A stretch of DNA of 64,000 nucleotides from a bacterium. Lineage in GTDB: Bacteria; Zhuqueibacterota; Zhuqueibacteria; Residuimicrobiales; Krinioviventaceae. Positions 1-8,558 of the stretch are shown here, in pieces. Every line of letters begins with the position of its first letter. Position 1 is the first letter of the stretch. The stretch covers positions 128,001 through 192,000 of the forward strand of contig CAXXFV010000003.1 in the NCBI GenBank assembly GCA_963674595.2, in the 5' to 3' direction. The position numbers and the translations under genes are program-made. The notes beneath the pieces are model-generated. The model saw only the letters and a program-made list of their open reading frames with translations. It was not told the origin of the DNA and ran no database searches.

Positions 1-265
1 GGATTCGGATTTTATTGTCCTTTTGGATTTTATGGCCGGTCTCCTCGGAATACCATCGGGCAACCGTATCCTCCAGCATGCGCCCGGCTTTCATCGCGTC
101 ATTATCCTCAACTCTCTGGCCTTCGATCTTTTCACGATAAACATCAAGGGGAGTTTTCCAGGGATTTAATCCGAGAACAGCACCAACATCTGATCCGCCT
201 AAGCCTTTACGGTGCAGGTCCTGCCAATCTTCATAGCTCATTGCTCTTTTATCTATACTTTTCAT
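1..265 (-). CDS. YqaJ-like phage recombinase/exonuclease, N-terminal part (runs off the window edge)
   Basis: Manual translation from ATG 265: MKSIDKRAMSYEDWQDLHRKGLGGSDVGAVLGLNPWKTPLDVYREKIEG...AMKAGRMLEDTVARWY. The W..R..GIGGSD..A.LGLNPWKTP and G..LE motifs are typical of YqaJ. Not in the ORF track. Confidence 0.85.
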   Translation of the reverse strand, partial: MKSIDKRAMSYEDWQDLHRKGLGGSDVGAVLGLNPWKTPLDVYREKIEGQRVEDNDAMKAGRMLEDTVARWYSEETGHKIQKDNKIRI

Positions 266-298
266 CTTGTCACCTTTTCAGTTAAATTCTGTCGCATC

Positions 299-565
299 TT
301 AAAAATTTGTTTCAAAAAGACCGGTTTCCTGATCATACTCTACATCAAACCTTCTTTTGCAGCAGCCGACAGGACACTTTATGGATTTCGTTTTTCCGGA
401 TTTAACACGGTCCTCAATTCCTGAATCCAAAAAACCATCCACAACAGCGCCGCAATGCGGACAAATGATATTAAAAGCCTTTGTGTCGATTTCTTCTACT
501 TCAGGAACATCAAATGGCGCGACGAATAATGGATTTGTCCAACCGTCATCATTATTATTATACAT
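299..565 (-). CDS. Small phage protein with Zn-ribbon-like motifs
   Basis: CPHC...CPVGCC; GGAGG precedes ATG 565, which overlaps the upstream stop (ORF track starts at 625). Confidence 0.6.
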   Translation of the reverse strand: MYNNNDDGWTNPLFVAPFDVPEVEEIDTKAFNIICPHCGAVVDGFLDSGIEDRVKSGKTKSIKCPVGCCKRRFDVEYDQETGLFETNF

Positions 566-917
566 TTTCAGGTCCTCCATCCTGTCCGCGTTCACCGGTA
601 CGATCATACAGGTACAAATCTTCACAACCCATAATGTTTCTGGCCATGCGAAGCCACCTTAACCGATTAGCACGCCTGATCAAATTTGAAATAATCCGAA
701 AGTCACCGGCGTCTATCGGTGTCCGTCCGCCTTTACATAAATTGTTCAACCGCCCAATCGTCATCTTTGCCTCCTGAGCGAACCATTCCCTGGTCAATTG
801 TCTGTTCTGTGAGATGCAATCTTCAATAGCGTTATCAATTTCTGATGCAATAAATCGGAACAATTTCTCCTCCACGGTTGAGATTGTGTCTATATTTTCA
901 AATTGTTGTTCTTTCAT
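558..917 (-). CDS. Hypothetical phage protein
   Basis: 119-aa ORF, translationally coupled in the leftward early operon. Confidence 0.6.
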   Translation of the reverse strand: MKEQQFENIDTISTVEEKLFRFIASEIDNAIEDCISQNRQLTREWFAQEAKMTIGRLNNLCKGGRTPIDAGDFRIISNLIRRANRLRWLRMARNIMGCEDLYLYDRTGERGQDGGPENV

Positions 918-1059
918 TTCTCTACCCGCTCTTTTAATTGGTTTTTATACTTGACCGTTAATTTTTGCAAATTCTTGTAAAAATTAATTGTACTGCCCAT
1001 TGTAAAAACCATTCACCCGTTGTATATTTAATTGTTTATTTTAAAAATTGAGGTCAATT

Positions 1060-1332
1060 ATGAATGCAAATAAAAAAGAACCCGTTGAATACAATCAGAA
1101 CTTGTCCTGCGAAATCGAATTCGATTTATTGATGATTTTAGAGACGGCAAGTATTTTAGAGAAAGCTTATATTTCTTCATTGTTAAAAAATAAGAATTTC
1201 ACTACCTTAAAATACAAAGGCTGCTCTGGTGTTTATGTTGATGTTCAACAGGCTCTTTGCAGTTCTTTGCTTGATTCACCCTCTGGTTTGATTAGTGGCC
1301 AAACTTCGCAGACCAGGGGGTTTTTATTTTAA
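1060..1332 (+). CDS. Hypothetical protein, opposite to the phage early operon
   Basis: GAGGT before ATG 1060; ends across a + strand terminator-like hairpin; no recognisable domain. Confidence 0.35.
   Translation: MNANKKEPVEYNQNLSCEIEFDLLMILETASILEKAYISSLLKNKNFTTLKYKGCSGVYVDVQQALCSSLLDSPSGLISGQTSQTRGFLF
1278..1330 (+). terminator. Hairpin plus T-run
   Basis: accctctggtttg...cagaccagggggt then ttttatttt; the G-U pairs favour the + strand. Confidence 0.55.
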
Positions 1333-1452
1333 TTGACCTGAAAATTATAGTTTAACAGGGATCACGGATTTTCAGGCGTGAGCACCGTATATCTGTTAAT
1401 TGTTCTTTGGCATTATACACTTAAAGCCCTTTCAAATCTCAGGCAATTTAAA

Positions 1453-1668
1453 TTAAGGTTCCAGACTAGCGTATGTCATAATATCCGATCTGCTAATACG
1501 CATGGAACCGTCTTTCATGGTTGATATATTTAACAGCCCTTCGTCAACTTTACGCAAAAGGGTTGTCCTGCTCATTGACAATAATTTCATGGCATCGGGT
1601 AATGTGATGTAAAAACATCTGGCTCCGAACTCTTTTTTCCATTCATCAATAAACTGGTTTCGGCTCAT
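1453..1668 (-). CDS. Excisionase-like helix-turn-helix (HTH_17-type) protein
   Basis: YITLPDAMKLLSMSRTTLLRKVDEGLL...RISRSDI pattern. Confidence 0.7.
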   Translation of the reverse strand: MSRNQFIDEWKKEFGARCFYITLPDAMKLLSMSRTTLLRKVDEGLLNISTMKDGSMRISRSDIMTYASLEP

Positions 1669-1880
1669 TACATTGCACCCTCAATACACAGTGAGCAATA
1701 AGTTGTTTCGCCGTCCGGGCCTTCTTCGATGCTGATTAAACCCGCGTTTTTAAGTTCATTTAAATGACGATCGATATAAGACTCTGTCCGTCTGACAACA
1801 AGCGTAAAGTCGTAAATTTTAACCGATCCGTATTCGTTGATCAGTTTTAAAATTTTTTCATGGTCTTCATTAAGAAGCAT
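1668..1880 (-). CDS. Small winged-helix DNA-binding protein
   Basis: KILKLINEYG...IDRHLNELKNAGLI winged-HTH pattern. Confidence 0.6.
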   Translation of the reverse strand: MLLNEDHEKILKLINEYGSVKIYDFTLVVRRTESYIDRHLNELKNAGLISIEEGPDGETTYCSLCIEGAM

Positions 1881-2079
1881 TGCTTAACTCCTCAAGTTGT
1901 TCCAAATACTCAATAGCTTTAGGAATTACGTAACAATGGCCGTTCAACATTTGTCTAAATTGGGACCTGTTTATTTGAAGATGATCTGCCACATCTTTTG
2001 CAAAAAGATTATTTTCTAATATAATGCGTTTATATCGAATCCTTTCGCGGGGTTCCAATATTTTATGCTCATTATCCAT
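1870..2079 (-). CDS. Cro-like XRE HTH protein
   Basis: AKDVADHLQINRSQFRQMLNG; divergent from the repressor. Confidence 0.65.
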   Translation of the reverse strand: MDNEHKILEPRERIRYKRIILENNLFAKDVADHLQINRSQFRQMLNGHCYVIPKAIEYLEQLEELSNAS

Positions 2080-2270
2080 TTCTTACCTTTTGTTATTTTT
2101 CGTTGACTTTAAACTATTTTTTCTTTACAATAAAAAACGGGCATAGCCGTAAAAATGGCTTTGCGTTGTTTTTTCCCTCGGCCCTGAGGATCGCCAAATC
2201 AGAAGGGCCGAGAATTTAATGTAAATCGTTCTTTATTGTGGATTGTCCACTATTACCGATAACTATTGTT

Positions 2271-2298
2271 AATATATCATAATAAATGACAATGTCAA
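2271..2298 (-). promoter_or_regulatory. Leftward (lytic-type) sigma70 promoter overlapping the repressor start
   Basis: Minus strand TTGACA-16nt-TATATT with an extended TG. Confidence 0.6.
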
Positions 2299-2690
2299 GT
2301 AAAAAATACAATAATAATATTTTCTTTGAAAATATTACACAATTACGCAAAGAAAAAGGCTGGTCGCAAAATAGATTAGCGATTGAATGTGATGTATCAA
2401 CCTCATTTATGACCAACATCAAAAACGGTGCGCACCCTTCTGCAACCCTTTTGTATAACTTGTTTAATATTTTTTCAGACGAAACAAAAATATTAAATCC
2501 CATTTGGCTTTTTTACAATGAAGGCCCACAATACTTGTTTCTAAAAAAAGAAAATATTTTAAAATCAGATCCGCTTCAAAACGAACCTGACAAAATAGTG
2601 CAGGCTGTTAAAAATATTCGCGCCATGCCGGAAGAAAAACAAGACGCCGTGATACATATTTTAAACGGTATTTTCTTACTCAATAAATAA
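2286..2690 (+). CDS. CI-like XRE family repressor
   Basis: ITQLRKEKGWSQNRLAIECDVSTSFMTNIKNG HTH_3 motif; NPIWLFYNEG. Confidence 0.8.
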   Translation: MTMSSKKYNNNIFFENITQLRKEKGWSQNRLAIECDVSTSFMTNIKNGAHPSATLLYNLFNIFSDETKILNPIWLFYNEGPQYLFLKKENILKSDPLQNEPDKIVQAVKNIRAMPEEKQDAVIHILNGIFLLNK

Positions 2691-3048
2691 TAAAAAATTG
2701 AAATAATATTAGGTCGGATATAAAAAGAGAAAATAAAGGCAGCAAAACATTTGTCGGTTATTAATGGTCTGCTGCCACTTTTCGAAGCTAATAAATCTTT
2801 TTTAACATATTCCTGATTTTTGAACACTTGGCGCAAATACAATTTTTGTAATTAATACTTGAATAGTCTTTCAATTTTGTGCACAATCCGAAGCACATTA
2901 ATTCCAAATTTTCCAGCTCCATTATAATCGACTCGCATATCATAGCGCGCTCGGACTCACTCATACAAATATTCCCTTCCTTTTTTATTTGAATAATTTA
3001 AATAGACTTCAAAAAATACAAAAAATATGCCAAAACTACGGGGTGGAT

Positions 3049-3338
3049 ATGGATAAGTTATTTATCTATCTATTGTAGTTCACATCACTATTTGCAAAAA
3101 ATCTTAAAATCCATTTTATTGATTTATGCGGGGAGATGATATTTTAATTCAAAATGAAAATAATGCTTTTGCACATTGGTTTGGTACGAACATAGAAACA
3201 AACAGTTATGGTTACAAAGATGAAATTATCCCTGGTGAAATAGAATACAAAATTGTACAAATCGATCATGATTACGCTACAATCGGGTATGGCACAGTCG
3301 TTGTTGCAAACGAATTTAAATTTAAAAACATTAACTGA
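3049..3338 (+). pseudogene. Degenerate cargo gene remnant
   Basis: Broken frames give LKIHFID../GDDILIQ (ComEC/MBL-like first strands) then YGYKD...YKIVQIDHD. Confidence 0.35.
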
Positions 3339-3360
3339 AAAAAATAATATTGGTGAAATA

Positions 3361-4410
3361 ATGGCACATATACATCCGATAAAAGGTAAAAATGGAATTT
3401 CCTACAGAATAGATTATTATGTGGACGGAAAAAAAAGATACCACACTGTAAGCTATAAAGAGAAAAAAACTCTAAAAGAAATCAAACGAATTGCCGCGGA
3501 ATTAGAACTTAAAGCCGAACCGCTTGATCTCAGCGATCTAACGCTAAAACAATTCTATGATAAATGTCTCGAAAATCTGGAAGTTGATTTGTCCCCGGAA
3601 TCAATCAGATCAATAAAAAATAAATTCAAACCGTTTCTATTTTTTGCAGGTGAAAATATTAAAATAAACCTGATTACGCACCATTTTATTCATGAATATA
3701 AAAAGTGGTTATTCGAAAGAAACATGGAGAAATCAAATGATGAAGAAAAAACAAAAAGAGGGGTAAACGCCAATCTTAATATTCTTAGATGGGTTTTTAA
3801 TGAAGGGTATAGGCAGGATTTAATTAAAAATAAAATTTTCGACAAAGTTACTTTTTTAAAGGCTCAAGAGTATATAGCAGATTTTTTAACAAGGGATGAG
3901 GCGAGAACATTTTACAAACATTTGCCGGAGCGGAAAGAGGACAGGTTTTTTTATATTGTTTTGAAATATACTGGGATGAGAAGAAACGAAGTGTTGCTGT
4001 TAAAAGAAAAAGATATGGACGTTAAAAATGATCTTATTATTTTGCGTCATCGAAAAAATAAAAAGCCTATAACAAAACCTATGCACCTGATTGTTAAAAA
4101 AATATTAATGCAATGGGAAATTTTAACAGGTGATAAGGAAAGAAAACTTTTCTCTTTTCATCATGAATCGATAACGAAAATATTCAGGCGGGCTCTTAAT
4201 GAGGCAGGGCTTGAGGATAAAAAAGCGGCTGTTCATATACTCAGGCACACATACGGGACTCGGATAATGGAAACATACCAAAACGATCTTGATAGCGGGG
4301 AGAGATTAACTCAGGAATTGCTTGGTCATAAAAACATAAAATCAACTAGGCGTTATACTCACCTCGTCAGAAAAATATTAAAAGACAAGCATAGTAAAGT
4401 AAAATTTTAG
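3361..4410 (+). CDS. int: Tyrosine recombinase / phage integrase
   Basis: Arm-binding-like N-terminus (SYRIDYYVDGKKRY); catalytic motifs TGMRRNE, HILRHTYG, LLGH, TRRY; ATG 3361 preferred over 3253. Confidence 0.92.
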   Translation: MAHIHPIKGKNGISYRIDYYVDGKKRYHTVSYKEKKTLKEIKRIAAELELKAEPLDLSDLTLKQFYDKCLENLEVDLSPESIRSIKNKFKPFLFFAGENIKINLITHHFIHEYKKWLFERNMEKSNDEEKTKRGVNANLNILRWVFNEGYRQDLIKNKIFDKVTFLKAQEYIADFLTRDEARTFYKHLPERKEDRFFYIVLKYTGMRRNEVLLLKEKDMDVKNDLIILRHRKNKKPITKPMHLIVKKILMQWEILTGDKERKLFSFHHESITKIFRRALNEAGLEDKKAAVHILRHTYGTRIMETYQNDLDSGERLTQELLGHKNIKSTRRYTHLVRKILKDKHSKVKF

Positions 4411-4429
4411 TCTACAAAATATCTACAAA
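4411..4429 (+). repeat. Tandem TCTACAAA repeat, candidate integrase arm-type sites
   Basis: tctacaaaat-a-tctacaaa between the int stop and the tRNA junction. Confidence 0.5.
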
Positions 4430-4476
4430 TTAAAAAATTGATTAATAAAAATAATGTGTTATACCCCAGTGATTTT

Positions 4477-4509
4477 GAAGCTTGCATTCTACCGCTGAAT
4501 TACTCCCGC
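4477..4509 (-). tRNA. 5' half only of a tRNA (probably Gly-CCC), truncated in the anticodon loop; att junction
   Basis: Minus strand GCGGGAG-TA-ATTC-AGCGGTA-GAAT-G-CAAGC-TTC: acceptor 5' strand, D-arm and anticodon 5' stem. The following sequence has no matching 3' half. Confidence 0.8.
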
Positions 4510-4522
4510 TTTTTGACCACTT

Positions 4523-4550
4523 AATATAGATATTTTTTCAGAAAAATCAA
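4523..4550 (-). promoter_or_regulatory. Sigma70-like promoter of the tRNA
   Basis: Minus strand TTGATT-16nt-TATATT about 13 nt before G1. Confidence 0.55.
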
Positions 4551-5310
4551 GTATATTTCAGATAAGAGAAATTGCTTCTTATAAATATTTTTATCTTTAT
4601 CTCTGATTGAAGAGGATTAATCTTACAAAATTATTATCAGATAAAATAAAACAGAATTTCATAACTCTATTATCCTATTCTCCCGTACACACATAATAAA
4701 TTTGTCGGTTCCGAGTATTCCTGGAAAAATAAAAAAAATACATTTATAACGATCAGCTTTTAAAAAATTATAGTATTATTCATCGAAATTTTTTAATATA
4801 TACTGTTCAATATTGGATGGATTTTGCAGCATATTATTTATATTTGATGATGTTGTTTAATAGTTATGGCTTGGAAAATCAAAAATTTTGTGAAAAATTG
4901 GTAGGTGATTATTATTTTTGTTTTACAGTTCCAAGTTATGCCATATGGGACATATCTTTATCATGTCACACCGGGACAGGCTGATAAAAAACAATGGTGC
5001 AGCAAATATGAAACGGCCTATACCTTACGAGCCATGCAGCCGTTTGGCGAAGATGGTCTGGGACAACGAATTGGCGGCATATACGGTCTAAGTGACCGGT
5101 AGAATCTATCGGCAGGTGCGGCAACTATTACAGTACACTCGATTCGTTTTACAATTATTCAAGCCGGAAGCTAAACAGTTATTATAAATGAATTTTTTAT
5201 CTTTTAAAAATAACTGTTGCATAAATACCTAGAATTTTTTATCTATCAATATAGAATAATATTATTTTTAAGCAATACCATATATTGTATATTTTCCAGG
5301 AGGAGTATGA

Positions 5311-5985
5311 ATGAAAACGAAAATTTCTGCCATATTAATACTATTTTTACTTTCTATTTCTCTTGTTTCCTGTCAAAAAAAAGAAACTGAATCCAAAACA
5401 GCGGTCTATCAGAAAAAAGAAACCAGGAAAAACGATTCTGCAAAGGAATTAAAACAAAAACAGGAAGAACTGGATAATTTAAAAGTCGAAACTGAACTTT
5501 TACTAGAGTCTTTAAAAAAGAAAGAATTAGACCTGGTTATCAAAGAAGCAAAACTGGACTCTGTAAAAGAAGCCATTGCTGAAAAGGAAAAAGAACTTTT
5601 AGAACAAGAAATATTATTGCGCAAAATGCGCTCAACTTCGTTTATTGTTTTATTTACCGGACTCGTATTTCTGATTATCGGGGTTGCGGCCCTGCTAATT
5701 CGCAAAAAAAATGATACGGAAATAATAATTCCACCGGTTCCTGAAGAACAAATAATTGCAGAAAAACCTGTTAAAGAACCTAAAACAGAAACAGAAATCA
5801 AAACAGAACCTAAAACAGAAACAGAACCTAAAACAGAAACAAAAACAAAAACAGAGCCTAAAACAACGCCAAAACGAAAAACAACAACAGCTAAAAAACC
5901 GGAAACAGATACGGCAGAAAAAAAGCCGGTAAAACCGAGAGCGCCGCGTAAAACAAAAACACAAAACCAAAAAGATAAAGAGTAA
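5311..5985 (+). CDS. Lipoprotein-like coiled-coil membrane protein with a K/T/E/P low-complexity tail
   Basis: LVSC lipobox, coiled coil, TM helix, PKTETE repeats; AGGAGG RBS. Confidence 0.75.
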   Translation: MKTKISAILILFLLSISLVSCQKKETESKTAVYQKKETRKNDSAKELKQKQEELDNLKVETELLLESLKKKELDLVIKEAKLDSVKEAIAEKEKELLEQEILLRKMRSTSFIVLFTGLVFLIIGVAALLIRKKNDTEIIIPPVPEEQIIAEKPVKEPKTETEIKTEPKTETEPKTETKTKTEPKTTPKRKTTTAKKPETDTAEKKPVKPRAPRKTKTQNQKDKE

Positions 5986-6012
5986 AAAGCCCGTTATCGG
6001 GCTTTTTTTTTG
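5985..6012 (+). terminator. Rho-independent terminator
   Basis: aaaagcccg-ttat-cgggctttttttttt. Confidence 0.8.
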
Positions 6013-6088
6013 TTAAAAAATTGTTTGAAATAAACAATTATCTTAATAATTTTAACTTTATTTAAAATTAAAAGACAGGAAAAATACT

Positions 6089-7111
6089 ATTAATTCTATA
6101 CCGGAATTTTTAGAACAACTGGACCAACTGGTTGTCAAAAAAAATAAATTAGCAATATTGCTTCATGATCATCCTGATCCGGACGCTATTGCAAGTGCAT
6201 CGGGTTTATCTTTTTTATTTCAGAACAGATATAATATTTCAAGCGATATTTTTTACACAGGGCTTATAAGCCGGGCCGAAAACAGGGCCATGGTTAAGGA
6301 ACTCAACCTTTTAATCAAACACCGAACAGTTTTTCGACTGAGGAAACATGACATTATCGCATTGATTGACACGCAACCTGAAGCAGGTAACCACTCTTTA
6401 CCGGAACAGTACAAATGCGATTTTATCATTGACCATCATCCTCAATATGCTACCAGCAAAAACATTTTAAATCTGATCGATACAAAAATCGGTGCAACAG
6501 CTTCACTCATAGTCGAACTTTTGTCTCAGGCGGATTTACTTGATAAAATACATCCCTACCTGGCAACAGCACTTACTTATGCCATCCGTTCGGAAACGCA
6601 AGAGTTGGGAAGAGAAACAAGCGACCGGGACATAAACGCATATCTTACCATCTATCCAAAATCAAACATCCGCCAGTTGTCAAAAATATCATATCCGAGT
6701 TTGCCGAATATATATTATAAAATGCTTTATAAGGCACTTCAGCAGGCACAAATCCACAAAAACCTTATCTGTGTTCATTTAAACCAGGTCCCTTTTCCGG
6801 AAATAGTTGCCGAAATGGCCGATATGTTCCTAAGGCACCAACGCGTTACATGGACGTTATGCACCGGCAGATACAAAAACAGACTTGTTTTTTCGCTGCG
6901 CTCATCACAGCCCGACGCGAAAGCCGGTAAAATGGTAAAACGCCTGGTACCGGTAAAAAAATATGCCGGAGGACACGGAACATTTGCCGGAGGATTTATT
7001 AAAGTTACAGACGACCAATTTGAAAGTGTTGAACAATCGGTTCAAATTAAATTTTCCGAATTATTTGACTATAACAATATCAAATGGAAATTGTTATTAG
7101 AAAAGGAGTAG
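6089..7111 (+). CDS. DHH family phosphoesterase
   Basis: HDHPDPDAIAS, LIDT, IIDHH and AGGH motifs; open frame extends upstream of TTG 6158 to a probable ATT start at 6089. Confidence 0.85.
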   Translation: MNSIPEFLEQLDQLVVKKNKLAILLHDHPDPDAIASASGLSFLFQNRYNISSDIFYTGLISRAENRAMVKELNLLIKHRTVFRLRKHDIIALIDTQPEAGNHSLPEQYKCDFIIDHHPQYATSKNILNLIDTKIGATASLIVELLSQADLLDKIHPYLATALTYAIRSETQELGRETSDRDINAYLTIYPKSNIRQLSKISYPSLPNIYYKMLYKALQQAQIHKNLICVHLNQVPFPEIVAEMADMFLRHQRVTWTLCTGRYKNRLVFSLRSSQPDAKAGKMVKRLVPVKKYAGGHGTFAGGFIKVTDDQFESVEQSVQIKFSELFDYNNIKWKLLLEKE

Positions 7112-7115
7112 CACA

Positions 7116-8552
7116 TTGAAACCAAACTGGATGGCACAACTAGCCTCTCATTACCAGACAATTAGAAAAAAATACCCAAACGACAAACTTTTAATCCTAT
7201 TTGATATAGATGATACAATCATTGATATTAGTTACCTCATATTAGATGTTTTACAAGCCTATGACAAAGAAAACAAAACAAAATATTTTAGAAATTTCAG
7301 TGTAACAGATATTGATGTACATGAAAATCAGGTTAATATATTAATAGACCGCCTCGACATTCCTGAAAATGAAAAACAAAAAATAATCGATTATTACGAA
7401 AAAAACCGCTGGAAATGGTATTCCATTTTACAAAGCCACAAACCGTTTTCCGGTGTCCTGGAAGTCATCCGCTGGTTTCAGCTTCAGGAAAATACTTTTG
7501 TCGGGCTGAATACAGGACGCCCGGAAATTATACGTGACGATACATTAAAATTTTTAAACATTTTGGGACAAGAATTCAAGGTCCAATTTACGTCTGACCT
7601 ATTATACATGAACCCAAACGACTGGGAAACAGGAGTCGAAAACGCCAAAGTAGCCGGCATAAGGAAATTTCAAAACCAGGGGTACCGTGTTTTTGGATTC
7701 GTTGATAATGAACCCGTCAATATAAATGTGGTGTCAAAAATCGATCCGAATAAAGAGATCCTGCTACTACATGCCAATACCATTTTTGAATCAAAAATGA
7801 ACAATTTGCCAAAGCATACCGTTGATGGCGAAAAATACGAATTGACGGAATTTTTATCAAAACAATCCATCCCTCAGCACATTCAGTTTGTATGGCATGG
7901 AATAAATAGCGAAGTGAATCTAGAAAACTTTCTCTTTTCTGATATAACCTGGGGCGAGTGTGACGTTCGAATAAATCCGTTTGATGATGAAATCGTTCTA
8001 CGACATAGTTCTTTTGTTGATAAAAAACTGCAGCCTGACGAAGAATTATTAACGTTGGATATTTTACTTTCCACACTTACAGAAACCGACAAATCCCTCA
8101 AAGTAGATTTAAAAGCAGGTGTTGCACTTATCGAACGAATTATTAAACTTTTTGATAAATACAATATGTCGCAGGACAGATTGTGGTTTAACGGTATGAT
8201 TGAACGACTTCAAAAACAGGGCTTTCAGCTCATATCTCAAACCTTTCCCAATGCAATTATTCAATGTTCGATTGATTTTTTAGGACCTTTGGCTTTTAGT
8301 GCCCCGGAAAAAGCAATAGACATATTAAATATGTTTCAGGAATGGGGTATTAACCGTTTTTCAATCAACTGGAAAAATGAAGACAGACATGCTCTTTATG
8401 AATTACTGGAACGTCACGGACTGGATATTAATTTATACAACATCCCGGACCTTGAAGCATTTTTACAGGCAGCGCTGCTTGTTCCCCGGTCAATTACATC
8501 TGATTTTGATTTTCCCCAATGGCGATATTACGGAAGAGGTACAAAAGAATAA
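7116..8552 (+). CDS. HAD-like hydrolase fused to a FAM151/Menorin (DUF2181)-like PLC-type phosphodiesterase domain
   Basis: N-terminal LFDIDDT, NTGR, FVDN; C-terminal WHGINS...GECDVR...VLRH...LKVDLK. Confidence 0.65.
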   Translation: MKPNWMAQLASHYQTIRKKYPNDKLLILFDIDDTIIDISYLILDVLQAYDKENKTKYFRNFSVTDIDVHENQVNILIDRLDIPENEKQKIIDYYEKNRWKWYSILQSHKPFSGVLEVIRWFQLQENTFVGLNTGRPEIIRDDTLKFLNILGQEFKVQFTSDLLYMNPNDWETGVENAKVAGIRKFQNQGYRVFGFVDNEPVNINVVSKIDPNKEILLLHANTIFESKMNNLPKHTVDGEKYELTEFLSKQSIPQHIQFVWHGINSEVNLENFLFSDITWGECDVRINPFDDEIVLRHSSFVDKKLQPDEELLTLDILLSTLTETDKSLKVDLKAGVALIERIIKLFDKYNMSQDRLWFNGMIERLQKQGFQLISQTFPNAIIQCSIDFLGPLAFSAPEKAIDILNMFQEWGINRFSINWKNEDRHALYELLERHGLDINLYNIPDLEAFLQAALLVPRSITSDFDFPQWRYYGRGTKE

Positions 8553-8558
8553 AAACGA

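Larger units (their letters stand above)
1..4476. mobile_element. Right end of a prophage / integrative element
   Basis: YqaJ, excisionase-like HTH, divergent Cro/CI-like pair and tyrosine integrase, ending at a broken tRNA. Confidence 0.85.

Noticed and set aside
914-1030. Extra small phage gene upstream of the 558-917 ORF (GEWFLQWAVQLILQEF...)
   Set aside because: In-frame stop upstream and no start codon found
4440-4509. Complete tRNA-Leu(CAA) or suppressor tRNA read from the loop TTCAAAA
   Set aside because: The bases after the loop (TCACT) do not pair with CAAGC, and there is no T-arm or acceptor 3' strand
4905-5175. 65-aa ORF as a real gene
   Set aside because: No recognisable motif; coding-like sequence continues past the stop, so it is probably a small remnant
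5409-5970. Antisense ORFs with FCFCFR repeats
   Set aside because: Shadow of the lipoprotein's KTE repeats
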